Assembly: GCA_012295275.1 (NCBI GenBank)
Contig: CM022665.1
Location: 16,058,001 to 16,122,000 of the forward strand
Direction: 5' to 3'
Source of the DNA: Chrysomallon squamiferum
Lineage: Eukaryota > Animalia > Mollusca
DNA: 64,000 nucleotides
In this document: piece by piece, positions 42,316-57,000 of the stretch
Layout: each line of letters begins with the position of its first letter
Numbering within the stretch: position 1 is the first letter of the stretch
Made by a program: the position numbers and the translations under genes
Notes under the pieces: model-generated
The model's database searches: none
The model's input: the letters and a program-made list of their open reading frames with translations, nothing else
What the model was told of the DNA's origin: nothing

Positions 42316-45300
42316 CAAAAATTTGGATAATGTTCTATTCTCATTATATTGTTGTGGTCCAGTTAAACATACAAACCAAATACATTGTTTATTCTGAATA
42401 TGTAAACATACTTTACTAGTAATAAACTGTGACAATACTTTTAAGTAGTCTAAAGAAATTCTTTTCTGTTCACCGCATCTTAAGTTGAAAAATAAAACAG
42501 TCTTTAAAAAAAACCCAAAACCTTGTTAATATTTTATGTATATTTCGATTATATATGAATGAATCAAATACATTTTGTTTACTGATTACTTTGTTGATCA
42601 TAAATTATGACCATAAAATAACTGCCTGATAAGGATTTATGTTGATTGTCATTTTAATGTCATGTATGTAGTTAAGGTTTTATCAACATAAATTATGGTG
42701 ATAATTTTGATAACTTTTGTATCTCAAGTGATATTTTACTAGTTAATTTTATGTAAATTGTTTTCATACCTCTATCAGATGCCCACAGCCTGTGTTTTTG
42801 TGTGTGTTGGGGTATCATTAAATATTCATTCATTGTCAAATAAGGACATTGGCAGTAACAATAGAATGAGTTTATAACAGAATTTCCAGTGTATCTTACC
42901 TTGTCTATGAATCATCAACTTCTGCCTTTTTCTTCTTCTTTTTCATTTTTATCTGTTAGACAGAGGTTCATTCATAATTTGTAATCTTTCAGAGATGCAG
43001 AAAAGGTGATTAAAGATGAAGAGTCTAGTGCAGTATGGGTTCTGTTTTGTAAAAATACAAATCCTCATGGTGACAGTAGATGTCCTAATGTCATGTACAG
43101 GGGAAAACAGGATCTGAAATCTTTAGCAGTTTATCTGAAGTCTTTGACTCCACCTACATTGGTAAGTCATAGGTTAAGATTTACTTATGTGAAGAGAATG
43201 TTAGTCAGCAGTCCACTAATCAACATTTAAAAATAATTTTCTATTCTTTGTGTTTTATTTATTTAATCATTACATTTAATCATTACATTTGTTTTTTTGG
43301 AATTTTTTATTTATGCTTGTTGTCTTTGCTTAAAGCATCACTTGTATAATTTGGAACAAGCATATGTGTATTATTGGTGCAAGTCTTACTCAAGTTTTAC
43401 TTAGAAAATAAAGTATAACTAACTATGGTCTTTCCCTAAAAAGTTTGAAAAACGTATAGGAAGGATAAATATACTTTATGGAAGTATTTAAGGCAGACAG
43501 TAATAATAAATATTTGTATGTAGCCAAATAATTGGTTTTTCTGTATATCATCTTTAAAAAAAAAAAATATATATATATATATAATTAATTAATAACTGTA
43601 ATTATATCATTTATTCTACAATCAGTGTAATTTGTTTTCTAGACTACTTTATTCTGTTAAATTGAAACAATTTGTATCTTTTCCTCTATTCTTTTTATTA
43701 ATATAAACATACATGCTATATTATTTTTTCTTTTCTTTTCACAGTATTTCTACCCAGAAGATGATGCAGTACCTCAGTGCAAACAGAAAATGGTCAGCTG
43801 TTTGTTATTGTTCCTCGATTCTGAGTGTAAAGATAAAGTACTGCAGATGGCAAACCATTTGAAGTATTATGTTTATGGATCTGCTGAAACAGTTATCATC
43901 AATACGTGAGTTGTTTTCATCTTTGTACTGTCAAGCTTCTTCACAAAACTGAGCAGTGGGACCAATTGGAATGCTCTTTTTGACTTTGGGCATAAAGCTG
44001 GCAGATTTGGAAACTGACAGTAGTAAGAGGTTGTGAGTGTTTTTTGGTGAGAGATAGTTTGTACAGATTCAAGTGAGAGATGACTGGGGATGTTTTGCCT
44101 GGAGTTTAGTATGTATGTTTATCTCAAAGATAATTGTGTAAGTTCTGTAGTGACTTTATTGTCAAGGTTCTAGAAAGTTAATTGTAGAAATTCTTCTAAG
44201 AGGTCAGCGTAAAGGTTTTGTTAACAGTTAATTGTGAGGTTTCTACTAAGTGTACAATGTAAACATTCTTCTGTCTGTTGTGAAAGTTCTGATAATTCTT
44301 GGGGAAATTCTACTAAGTGTTTATGGTAAAGGTTTGACTGAATGTTATCTATAGAAGTTCTAAGAATTTATTGTGTAGATTACATTAAGAGATAATTGTG
44401 GAAGTTTTACTTAGACATTATTATAAAGCAGCTTCTAAGAACTCATTGGGAAGAGTCTTCTAAGAGTTCATTGTAAAGGTTCTTGTAAGAGTTAATTGTG
44501 GAAGTTCTACTAATTGTTAATTATAAAGGGGACTTGGGAAGGTTCTGTCATGAATTAATTCCTTACATTTAAGAATTATCAGCAGATCGACAAAGATAAT
44601 CTTAATACAGGTAGTTTGTTCTGTCATTCTTGTCTGTTGACCATGTGAAATTGTTTAATTTTTAATTTTTCAGTGAACACGAACACTTTGATACTAAAGA
44701 ATTGTTACTGGACCGAGATACCCCAGCTGTTGCTTTAACTAGAGAAGTAAGTTAGTAGAAATACAGTGGTACCTTGACTTATGAGTGCACCAACTTGTGA
44801 GTTTTCCGAGATATGAGCAGTCACCTGGTCGATTTTTTGCTTTGAGTTGCGAGCCAAAATCTGAGTTACAAGTAAGCTTCAGATACACCACCGCTAGTTG
44901 GTGCAACGAACAACACAACATCTGCCCAGCTTCCCACGTCTCATTTGGTTACATCACGTGGTTACCTCGCTGTTATCTCTGTTGGGTTGTGCTCGTGTTT
45001 GGTGCAGTATTTTGCCAAATTTCTTTTCTGACCATGGATCCTAAGAAACTGAGTGAAAAGGACAGTGCTGAGAAGAAGAAGCAGATGATGTCCATTGCAT
45101 TAAAGCATGAAATCATAGAAAAACATGAGCAAAGTGTGCATGTAGGCAACTTGGCTAGGCAATAGAGCATAGGTTGTTTTTGGGGCCTGGAACAGATTAA
45201 TGGTATTTTAATTAATTTCAGTTGGGAAAATTGATTTGATATACAAGCAAACTGAGATACAAGCTCGGTCACGGAACAAATTAAACTCATAAGTCACAGT

Positions 45301-48300
45301 ATCACTGTATATATATTTCTTTAAATTTTTAGATCTGACTGCTTTTTTTCAAAAACAGTTTTTTGTGTATGTGTGAATTTGAGGATGTGAGGGTAATGTG
45401 GAAAGATAAAGACAGAAGGGAGAGATAGAGGGGAAGGGAGGTAGAGAGAGAGATAATGGAATGAAAAATTGACCGAGGAGAGAGGAGGGGGAACAATATA
45501 TGTATGTGACATTCAAACTGAAACCAGAAAAAGGTTTTAAAATAAATATTTTAAGATCTTTCGCTGTTTCTCCTACATTTTACATACACATTTTTTTCTT
45601 TCCTTCTGCCTGCCTGCCTTTTTTGTGTTTTCCCTCACTCAATGTTTGAGATCATATAATTTTGTCTACAAATAATAAATTGAAAACAGATTTGTGTATT
45701 CTATGGAATTAGCTGCATCCATGATCTGATTAAGGAATTAAAACTGAAAAATATAATAAATGTATTTTCAATTATCTTGCTATCCTTTCATATTGTTCTG
45801 TTTTATCTTTCCATCTCTCTATTCTTTTCATTCTTTTTTTTTATCTTCTTTCTGTCTTTTACATACACACACAAGGCCAAATTTCACATGTGAGCTTTCT
45901 ACGCTAGAGCCTAGGGCAACAGGATGATAGTGGCATGCACACACACATAAACACACACAAACACATATGCACCTGCATGCCCACAAGTTTGTTTTCAAAT
46001 AATTCATATCTGCCTTTTTTATCTCTCAAAAAAAAAATATATTTCCTAAAATTTTCTCAACAGGGCAGATTTGTTTACCAAAATGTAGCAGTAACTCTGC
46101 CAAATGTCATTGAATTTATTCAAGAGAACTTGTTCACAGTCGAGAAGAAAGAAAGTTCATCAGAAACAGAAACATCCAGCTTTCAGAATTTTGAGTTTAA
46201 CTATGATGAAGGTTTGTGTACTGAAATTTTTTAAAAAGCATTGTTCCTTACTTGATTTTAGCATGATATGGCACAATACTTTCAATATTCTACTGCTATT
46301 TGCCTTCAGTCAGAACAGTGATAATAAAATGAACTGTATGAACTGAACTACTAAATACATAGAACAAATACTGAAAAATGTTGGAATGGTAATTTTTAAA
46401 GCCATTTTTTGTCAAAAAGTCATAAGTGGCATATTCCAGTTATTGAAGCACATTATGAAATTTTTAATAATTTGAATAAATTTTAAAAGTGCCCTGAAAA
46501 TGGTAAAAAAAATTCCAGTCCAAGTTCATAGATGTAATAATACAAATACTAATTTCTTTTATTAGTGAAAAGATTTTCCTTTTAAAATACTTGTCCAAAC
46601 AGAATAGTTTTCTACCATTTGGCAGATTTCTTACAGTCAGTGATGCCTAAAAATAAATAAATAAATAAATGCTATGCTGTTGTTACTTAAGTTACAAACA
46701 TAGCTCATACTTCTGATCTTATGGTCAGTTATTTTCAGGCACCTAGAGGTTTAAGCATAGCTTGACAACTGTTAAGAAACAAGTCTTCTTTTTTCACTTC
46801 AAACAAAAAATAATGGATTTCTTTAAAATACATGCCCACAATTAACACTTAAAGCTGTTAGGGACATTTTTAGATTTTTTTAGAATCATTGTACATATGT
46901 TGGGCTTGGATGAAAGACATTATTAAAATGTGTTCTCTTGTAGCTAATGTGTCTTCTTCATTTTTCAAAATTCTATTTTAATTAATTATTATGTATTCTT
47001 CTTTTTCAGTGTTTTATACATAAGTTGTAAATTCATGTTAAAATTTCACTAAAGATTCAGCTTTTTTTTTCTTTTTTTTGTTGTTCTTTCTTTTTCAATA
47101 TTTTATATGCAAGATAATAAATGAATTTTAAAATTTCAGTTGAGATTCAGGATGATGAAGTAGCTGAATCTGTCCATCGAATGTCTATGAAGAAAATGCC
47201 ATCTGACCGAGTTCCATTTCTGAATGACAAAACTTTCCCAACAGTAGTTGCAGACTCTCCACTGTTGATGGTGTTGTTTTATCTTCCATGTAAGAATAAA
47301 TCTTTGTTATTCAGTCTATTTTATCTATTACTTCTTCTTCTGCTGTCCAACTAAAATCTTGCTCATTAGATATTTGCTTTCATTTAAGTCAGCAGAGGTT
47401 TTACTGAATATTTTGATGCATTTTTCTTCTTTCTTTTTTTTACTCTGCTGCTAGTGACAATATAAAAAGGACACATAAACATGTTTGAATTGAATGTGGC
47501 ATTCTTTACAAATTATTAATGATCATTTTAAAATATTTCTTATCTGTAGTTGATGTGAGAAGTACAGCCTTTTTGTATTCATACCTGGAAGTTGCTCAGA
47601 TTCTAAAGGAATCTGACCCATCAACATCTCCCCTGGGTGTGGTGAACTGCCACGACTGGACAGATGTTTGTCAGAAACAAAACATTACAATCTACCCTAC
47701 TACACGAGTGTTCCGCAAGACTGCTGATCCCATGGACTACCAGGGTCCTCTTGATACCACCGCTGTTGTCTCTCTAGTCAAACTGTATGTAGTTTCTGCA
47801 CTGGTTACATACTTCCTGCATTGTTTTTGGCTTGGGAGTTAAATTTTGGTTTGCGAATAAGTTTTATTATTTGGGGGATCTGGGTTTAAGGGATAAGGTA
47901 CTATCTCGGGGTGTTTTGCTTTAAAGGATAATGTATTTCGGGCATTTTGGCATAATGGATAAATATTTGGGGGTGGTTGGCTTAAAGAAAAAGGTATTAT
48001 TTGAGGAGTGACTTAAGGGATAAAACACTGTTGTTGCGAATTTTGGTTTAATGAATAAAGAAGGTATTATTGGGGGTTTTGTGTTGAAGAATAAGATTAT
48101 TATTTTGGGGCTTTTGGTTTAAGGGATAAGGAGATATTTGTGGATTCTGGTTTAAGGGATACGGTATTATTTGAGGTGTTAGGCTTTAGGAATAATATAT
48201 TGTTTGGAGGATGTAATATTATTTTGGGAAGATTTTTCAGGGAATCAGGTTTTGGTTTAAGGGATAAGATGTAATTTGAGGGGGTTTTGTTTGGGGAATA

Positions 48301-51300
48301 AGGTATTATTTATGGGGTTTTGCTTGGAAGATTAGTTTTACAGTCTTTTTGAAAGAAAAAAAAAATCTGGACTGATTTTTGTTACTAACTACCAGACTGT
48401 GAAGATATCACAGACTGTAAAATCTCACTGATACAGTTGTAATGGTCTCAGTAGTCAAACTGTTGGTGGTCCTATTTTTATTTTATTTTATTTATTTTTA
48501 TTATTATTATTTTATTTTTATTTTTTTCTTCAATAACACAAATAATTACTATCATTTTGAATTCTGGTTAACATTTTTTATTAAAATTATTTGAATGTAC
48601 ATTTAAACAGCATGGAAAAAATAAATATGAGACTAAGCAATAGTGTGACAATATTTCTATTTCCTCAGCAAACCAAATAAATATTCCTTGGTAAACCTGT
48701 TTTGGTAGATTCCATTGCAAATCATAAATAACTCCCAGACAGCCACATAAATATACATTCAGTACATTAATATACATTCAGAAATGGAGTTACATACATT
48801 TCATTTAATAATTCTGCAAGAATATTTTAAGCATTTTTTATTTATGTTGTTCTTATTGTTATTTTATATTTTAGTATTATTATTATTATTTTAGAGTTGT
48901 TTATATTATACTATTATTGTAGTTAATGTTATTATTATTATTATTATTATTTTATTTCACTATGAGATTTATTTTGTTCTCCAGTCTTCAGCTTGAGACT
49001 CCGCTAAAACTACAGTCAGAAGAAGATGTAGAAAATTACAGCATAGGAAACCTGCCTATAAATGCATCAGAAATGTTCTCTAATATATCAGTTCTGGGAA
49101 TTTTTGATAAGAATTCAGAAAAAGGTTTGCATTTCACAGAATTATGTTTTTATTAACTTTTAAAGACTAAATCAAGAGTAAGTTGGTATTTAAAAAAAAG
49201 AAAAGAATTATGTCAGAATACTGAATATGCTGTTGAGCATGCATGTAACTTGATAGGCACTTTTCGTTTGTTCATTTTGTATGGAGTGTTGGGGATTTCT
49301 TATTTGTTTTCTTACACAAATAAACAAAATATACATAGAATGAATAAATAAATATTTATTTAATGGAACTTCAACCTATTGCTATAAATAACATTTTATT
49401 CAGTGTCAGATATGATATTTTTAATTATAACGTGAGAGAAAAAAACTCTGATGCTTCACTTTGTATTACCTTTCCCTATTGCTAGCAAGAACCATTTTAT
49501 AATTTTATACACAGGAACATATTTAGAATGGCTGTTGATGAAAGTGTTACAGAGACTATGTCAAAGTTTATTGTGTGTACATAAATAGTGGTTTTAATAT
49601 AACATTGTAGTTCAAGAGTAGCTGATGTCCTTACACATGCTGATATCCTTTCTCTGTGACAAGCTGTGACTACTTTCAAACAAAACATGAATTTTTTGTG
49701 AAAGTTATTTTTTTGTTGTTAAAATGGGTTATTTTTCCTTTTTTTCTCTCTCTCTTTTTTAATAATGTTGTGTTATTATTGTTGTTACTGTGGTTAGAAG
49801 TTGTGATAGCAGCAGTAGTAACAGTGGCATAATGGATAAGGAATAATGTATTTAAAATTATAGCAGATTCCTGATAATATTTTATTTATTTATTTATCTG
49901 GTAGTAATAGTACTAGTAGTAGTAGTAGTAGTAGTAGTAGTTTTATTTATTTTAATTTTTTTTAGAAATGAAGGTATTTAATAAGGTAGCTGAGAATTTG
50001 AAGAGTTCTTTCCTGTTTGCAATCACCAAGCCTGAGTATGCTAAATGGTAAATATTGTTTAGGATTGATAAATGGAAATTTCATTAACATATTATAATTT
50101 GGCATTTCCAGTAAAATTTTAAAAAATAATAATAAAAAAATATTTCAAAATAAATTCTTAAAAATTCTTCTTCTTCTTCTTCTTCTTCTTCTTATTATTA
50201 TTATTTATTATTATTTTTAACTATAAATTTCATTAAACATTAAGATTTCAGATGTCTGTAATATAAACAAATTACAGTTTCTTTTTGTGGTCAAAAGTGA
50301 TGAAAAAGGAAAAATCAGCAGCATTATTTTCATCGTTATTTTGTATGTGATTTATTTATTCGGTCCTTTGTATTTATAAAACTATACATAACAGATGTAG
50401 AATAGAAATATTTTAAAAATGTATTTTTCCCTAATTATGTAAATAATATAATTTGATGGAATAATATAACTGGCTGGCTGATCACAAAATACATTCATGT
50501 AATTGTTGGACAAAATGGAGGCAAAATATATTAATTCTTTCAACTTCCAAGTGATAGATGTTTTTAAAAAATAAAATTTAAAAAAAACCCCATAAAATAA
50601 AGATGGTGACTTAGAACTTTGCCATGTAATAAAAGTAAGGGGAAGTTTAGGTAAACAGGGCACACCTCTTGTCAGCCCTGGTAGTATTTATTATTACTGA
50701 TGACAAGAAATGTCATTAAGAATATTAACATTTTGATTTTGTTTATTATACTGAAATTCACAAAACTATTTCAAAATAATTAAACCCAGTTAAAAATTTT
50801 TTTTTTTAAATTGGCTTATATTATAGATTATTTTAATTGCTCTTGTTCATGGTTCTTTTTCCAGTTCCACTTGTCCAAGTGAAGTACCCTCTGTAGCTGT
50901 GTTCCGTCACACAGACCCTATCAAACCTGTTGTTACTTTGACCAAAGATTTCACAGAAAAGAATATTGAAACATTTGTGAAGCAAGCCAGACTTCCAGTA
51001 TTGGTAACTAATTTGTTGTGATATTTTGACCTGCTGTGCATATTAGCATATACGCATGCAACAGAAATGAATTTATTGTATTTATTAATTAGTGTTGCTG
51101 TTAATTTTAATTTTATTTAATTTTATTTAATTTTATATTTATTTTAAATATTTACTTCTGAATTAGATATATTTGTTTTATGCAGTACCAGTGCTTCTGT
51201 AGTTGAAATTATATTTTTCTGTGGTGTGTGTTGGTTTTTTGTTGGGTTTTTTTGTTGCTTTTTTATTTGTTTAATTTACAAATTTGATTCTTAATTTGTT

Positions 51301-51486
51301 GATTTTTATTTCATTAATATCTCAGAAATGCATGTGTATATTTTAATGGGTACCAAAATATTAAAAATATAATACTATTTTTATATATATATATGAAAGC
51401 TGATTATTTTTATCAATATTTTTTAATTTGATTATTATAGATTTTGTTTATTAATAATTAATTATTATTAATTTTATGTATTGACA

Positions 51487-51535
<49 letters not shown>

Positions 51536-52343
51536 TAGATTTTTAATTTATTTTTTAAATTTATTTTTGAATTTTATTTTAATTTCACTGTGTTTATTTA
51601 TTTAACTTACACATATTAGTATACTTAATCTTATTTAGTATTAATATTTGTGTCATTTATTTATTCATTCCAGCCTGAATTAACAATTGATGTCTTCCCT
51701 CTACTGTACAGACAACAAAAACCATTTGTTATTTTATTCTGTAATCCCAGGTTGATGGAAGTCACTGCCAATGTAATGATACTCCTAAGCCAAATCATCA
51801 AATCAGGAGCATTTCCCAATATTATTTTTGCATGGATGGACAGGTTTGTTATTTGTATTCTACTCTGTGCACTACATTTATTTTATCACATGTAATGATA
51901 TTTCAAACCCAAATCATCAGATTGGAAGTGTTTTCTGATTTTACAAAGATGGACAAGGTTTGGCATCATTATTCTAATTTGTACACTGCATTTATTTTAT
52001 TTATGTGTTATGATAACTGTGAGTAAAACTTTTGAACTGAGTTCATTTTGCAATTTTTACTTTATTTTGGTAGTCTTGTATCACACAGACAAGATATAAG
52101 CATGCACAGATGTGTGCACACACACACACACACACACACATGCACGCAAGCACTTGTCAGAGTAAAATAACAAATATAGGTTAGTTAGTTCTTAATTTTG
52201 TTTTAACTTCCAGTTTTACACTGGGGTTTAAAGCCCTTTTTTTTTTTTTCTAATTTTATTGTTCTTAGGTTAAAATGTTATTTATAATGAAGTAACAAAT
52301 CCAGAATGAAATATATTTTTGAAATAAAATCTTTTACTGACAG

Positions 52344-52385
<42 letters not shown>

Positions 52386-52445
52386 TGTTACTTTTATTAT
52401 TATTATTCTATTATTGTTATTATTTTATTGTTGTTGTTGTTGTTG

Positions 52446-52486
<41 letters not shown>

Positions 52487-54061
52487 TTTATTATTTGCAG
52501 TACTAGTGCTACTGGTAAGGTTATACTAGATTTGTATAACAAGAATTCTGCAGAACCAGCTCTGTCATTTGTTAATCTCCAACAGGTATGACTGTAATAT
52601 TGTAACAGCATTTATTAACTTTATATCCAGACTGTTTCAAGATATATTATTTTCAAGATGTTTGTGACTGATACCCAAAAGAAGAAAATTTTAACTTTCA
52701 AACTTAGTCTGAATAAATCCAACTGTCACTGGCCTTAGATGATAAACAACATTTATTGGTCCTAGATGTAGTTCAGGTATTTCCAACTAATTATATTTAT
52801 TCTAATTCTACATCATATGACTCAAATAAGCATAATTATAAATAGATTTGAATAAACAGAAATCTATATGAAAATAGCATATGGGTTGAGAATCCCTTAT
52901 CCTAAACTTTGAAAATCAAAAAGCACCAAAATCAAAAGTCTTTTTCTTTTTTCTTTTTTTTTTTTAAGAGTCAAGATACTGGTATCTTACAGTTTTCAGT
53001 TGGTTTTGCATACAGAAACTTTATTTCATGCACAATATTGTTTTAAAAAATCATTACATTAAAATACCTGCAGACTATCTGTATAAACTGTATGTGAAAT
53101 ATGAATAGTTTACTAGTATTTCAAAATCCCTGAAACTATATATATGAGCTATGAATAGATGTTGTATTTAGACTTAGATCCTGATCTCAGGCTATTGCCA
53201 TATATTCCAAAATCACAAACATTTTGAAAATTGAACAAGAGATCCTCAACCTGCTTAATATTCTCTTAAAATCCAAATTGCAACTATTGATGTCTTCAGT
53301 GGATATACTAATTGTTTGACTGCCATTATGCATGACAGAGGTTCTGCAATTAATGCCACATTTAAAAAAATAATAATTAAAAAACTAAAACTTAATGAAA
53401 ATCAAATATTTAACATTTTGTTGCATCACCAGTCTCATAGTGATAATCAACAAAGAAAAAACCCCAGAAGAACTTTATTTGTTTTTTACACATTAGATTG
53501 CCAGATCATGAAGATAAATAAAAAAAAAAAAAAAAAAAAAAAAAGACTGCTGTAGATTGTCATACAACAAAACACCTTTTGACTTCAATTTTTATGTTGT
53601 ACAATATTACATTAGGGATTTTGACAATATTTAAAAATATTTATTTTATTTATTTATTTATTTATTTATTTTAAATTAACAATATAATTGAGATTATTAA
53701 ATAATTGCATCACAACTGGACAAACGATAAATAAAAACAGATATTTATCATATTAAGTTACATTCATGTTTGTTCAGGGTAAAGTCTACAATATACCTGA
53801 GGGAGAGATAACAAGAGAAAAAGTTCAGCAGTGGTTACAATCTGTTCTTGATGGAAAACGCACACCATGTAGTGAGTTCCAGTATTAATGTATCTGTACA
53901 TGCATGTCTGGCTCTTTGTCTTACTGTCTGGCTATCTGTCCATCTGTTCATTGTTTTACTATTCACGGACCACTCTTACTGATGAATAGCAAAAAAAAAA
54001 AAAAATTAATAATAAAAACAATAATAATAATAATATAAAAAAAAAATTAATAATAAAACCT

Positions 54062-54093
<32 letters not shown>

Positions 54094-57000
54094 CCATGGC
54101 CTTTAATAAATCATTTATGGTACATTATCTAGAAAGGGAAATCGTCCAGTGGATGATCTGAGAATCAAGCAATATCCTATATTTCAGTTATGCTTGTATG
54201 ATTTTGAGCTTTAACATGATACCATAAAAATTACTGTCATTATGATCGTGTTATTACAAACAATGGTGAGGTTATTGCAGTTATTATAATTATATTTGTT
54301 GCAGAACACGCAGATTACATCTGAATGATCATGTCCTTTGGACTTTATTCAGAATTGTTTTCAATATTCCTTTTACTGACCAGAATTGAGATAAAAAAAA
54401 ATCAAATAAAAAATAGCATGTCAAGAATGAAAATGCTGTGAAAAATTCTTTTAAATGCATGGGTTGGTTTATAATGATTTTTTTGGAGAGTTACGGTTGT
54501 TGTTATGGATGGTGCAAGGTTGTTTCTCTTTTTTTTTGTGGGCGGACTTATTGTTGTTGTTTTTGTTTTTAAATATATTTTAAAGGTTTGTATCATAGTC
54601 CTGGATGCACCATGCCATCTTGACATCCAGTAATCATTATAATCCTAAGGCTTGATTGAATATTATATACATAGACAATATTTGTGTATTTAAAGTATTG
54701 GTTAAGGTTACATATAACACTTGGCCTTGTTTGCTTTCATTATCCTCAAATCAGATAAATACTTTAAACACATAAACAGGTGTAAAATACAAACAAAATA
54801 GTTTTTAATATTTTCATATAGAATATATTTTAACAGATGCATTTGCTTTTTAAATCTTAGCTTTTTGTTGTCAGCTTTTTTTTTCTGTTGTTTTTTTTGG
54901 TTCATATGGACTATATTTTTAGTGAAGGACTGGTTATATATGTGTTCTAATCAATTCTAATGTATCTTTTGTCTCGTGTAATGCATATTTTGTTTGTGTA
55001 TTTTGCCAGAAATGTTGAAAAACAATGAATGGAAACCTCTGAGAAAAGGATACGACTATCTGCTAATGCAGGATTACCAAGAAAAGTATGGACATGAGTC
55101 TTTGTACGAAAAAATGACGCCTGAACCTGAATGTAAATATTATAACAAGTTTTTAAATTAACTGTTAAATTTGCATACATTCTGTTTTTAAAGTTTTGCT
55201 GTATGACTTTCTGTATATTTTTAGGTTTTATATAATTTTGCATGTATTCAATAAATAGTACTTAAAATTTATCTTACAATACTGAATATATATATATTTA
55301 GTTTAGGTAGTCAATAAATAAAAGTGTGTTACTCTCACTGCACCCTTTTAAAATACGTGTGTGTGTGTGTGTGTGTGTGTGGAAAAATATAATGTTGTGA
55401 AGTTACTATGCTATTAGAAAAATGCAAATTATAATCATTTGCTAGATATGATTAATGGTAAAATATAGTAAAATAATTTATTGAAGTAATACTCAACGTT
55501 TTTCCATTTATTGCCCACTTTCAAACATTGTTAAGTTGGAACACACAACAAACATGTATTAATTTCTGAATTAACATTAAAGATAAATGTTAATGATTAA
55601 AGTTTTAACCCTGAACAAAGATATAAAAGAAACAAAACTCCTTCCCTTCTACAGATATTCATTTATTTGTGGATTATGTCTCATTAGAAGAAATTAAGCA
55701 CACAAATCTGTAAAGATGTGCTTGTCACGTCAAACACACACCCATCAATTGCTCCAGCAAAATTCAGTGTCCACCCATCACCCAAAAAGGCCTTAGCACT
55801 GATTAAGATGATCATTAATTAAAATTAACTGAAATCTGCATACAGGTGATTATAATAATTTACTAAAAATTACTCTTCTAATTGCATATAAAAACATTTT
55901 ATTGAAATAAATCAATTAATGTGCATGTAGCTGATTATTTTAATAAAGAGTAAAACAAATAAAATAATTTATACTGTGTTGAATTTCATACAGATAATGA
56001 CATGAAAAGTATGTATTATTATTTTTTCAGTAACACTGCTATTTGCATGTAGCTAACAGCTGCAGTAACAATTATATTCAGCAAAACATATACTTCATAA
56101 TAATTTATTGAATTCATATGATTCTATCACAGCTGTGATTACTATAATGTATAGCAAAACATAATATAAAAATTATTGTTATTATTTTTCTTTTTAAATT
56201 ACCGTATATACTTGTGTACAAGGTGACCTTATGTATAAGTCGATGTGTATTTTAAGACCAAAAATTGCGTCATTTTAGGTATTACTTATATATAAGTCGA
56301 CTGTAGATTCCAGGCACCGTCACTATTTTTAGACCAGTGTGACAGTGCCATGAAGGCCTACATTGTATGCCTACTGTAACATAACTTGCACAAGCTGTAA
56401 CTTGCACGTGCAATTCAAAGTAAGATAATTTCGGAACCTCAGCAATATTTTTTTCTATCGAAACTCGGCTACAAGACACGCCCCCGATCCTATTCCTAAC
56501 GCTCTAATTGGCCGAGGCTTCGCACACTTGGCAACCGACTAGAATAACAAATATGGCGAGAAGTTGAACTGATTTTTGTTGCAGAACGTTTATAGAAATT
56601 TAGTTTGTTTTCGATTTGTTGGTAGTGGATATTAATGACGATTGCAATATTATTTCACCAAATTCTTTACAATTACACAAGTGAGTTTTGTTTATGAAAT
56701 TAGGACCGATATTTAGTGCAATTTGGCAGAGAAGTCTGCATTCCTAGATCATTGCAAGACGCCGTAAGGCATAACGCCATACTGACGGTTTTCTCGCTTT
56801 AAAATGTATTTTTATGTCATTAAACGGAAGAATATCATGTTTTACATTCATATTTGGTTTTGTTATTTAATTTTTCAAAATTTTTTATACGATAAAATTA
56901 TATTTTTGAAAAGCTGAAAGACCGCGATTATTTTAGATGCATCCCGTAGCAAAAAATAGTCAAAATGGCGACTCTTCAGCAACAGCTACAAAAGCATTAC

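Noticed and set aside
44785-45165. 126-aa ORF as a functional gene
   Set aside because: It lies in a deleted Tigger element; only the last ~43 aa are transposase-derived and there is no DDE domain.
50560-50680. Lone hAT-like end CTTGTCAGCCCTG
   Set aside because: No matching left TIR or TSD found.
54130-54215. Short hairpin with ATGA/CTGA words, possible intronic snoRNA
   Set aside because: No properly spaced C/D boxes or H/ACA architecture; cannot be supported without a covariance-model search.
55081-55091. Alternative donor AA|GTATGG in TXNDC16 exon 19
   Set aside because: Phase 2 is incompatible with the HTEL terminal exon; the donor at 55132 fits.
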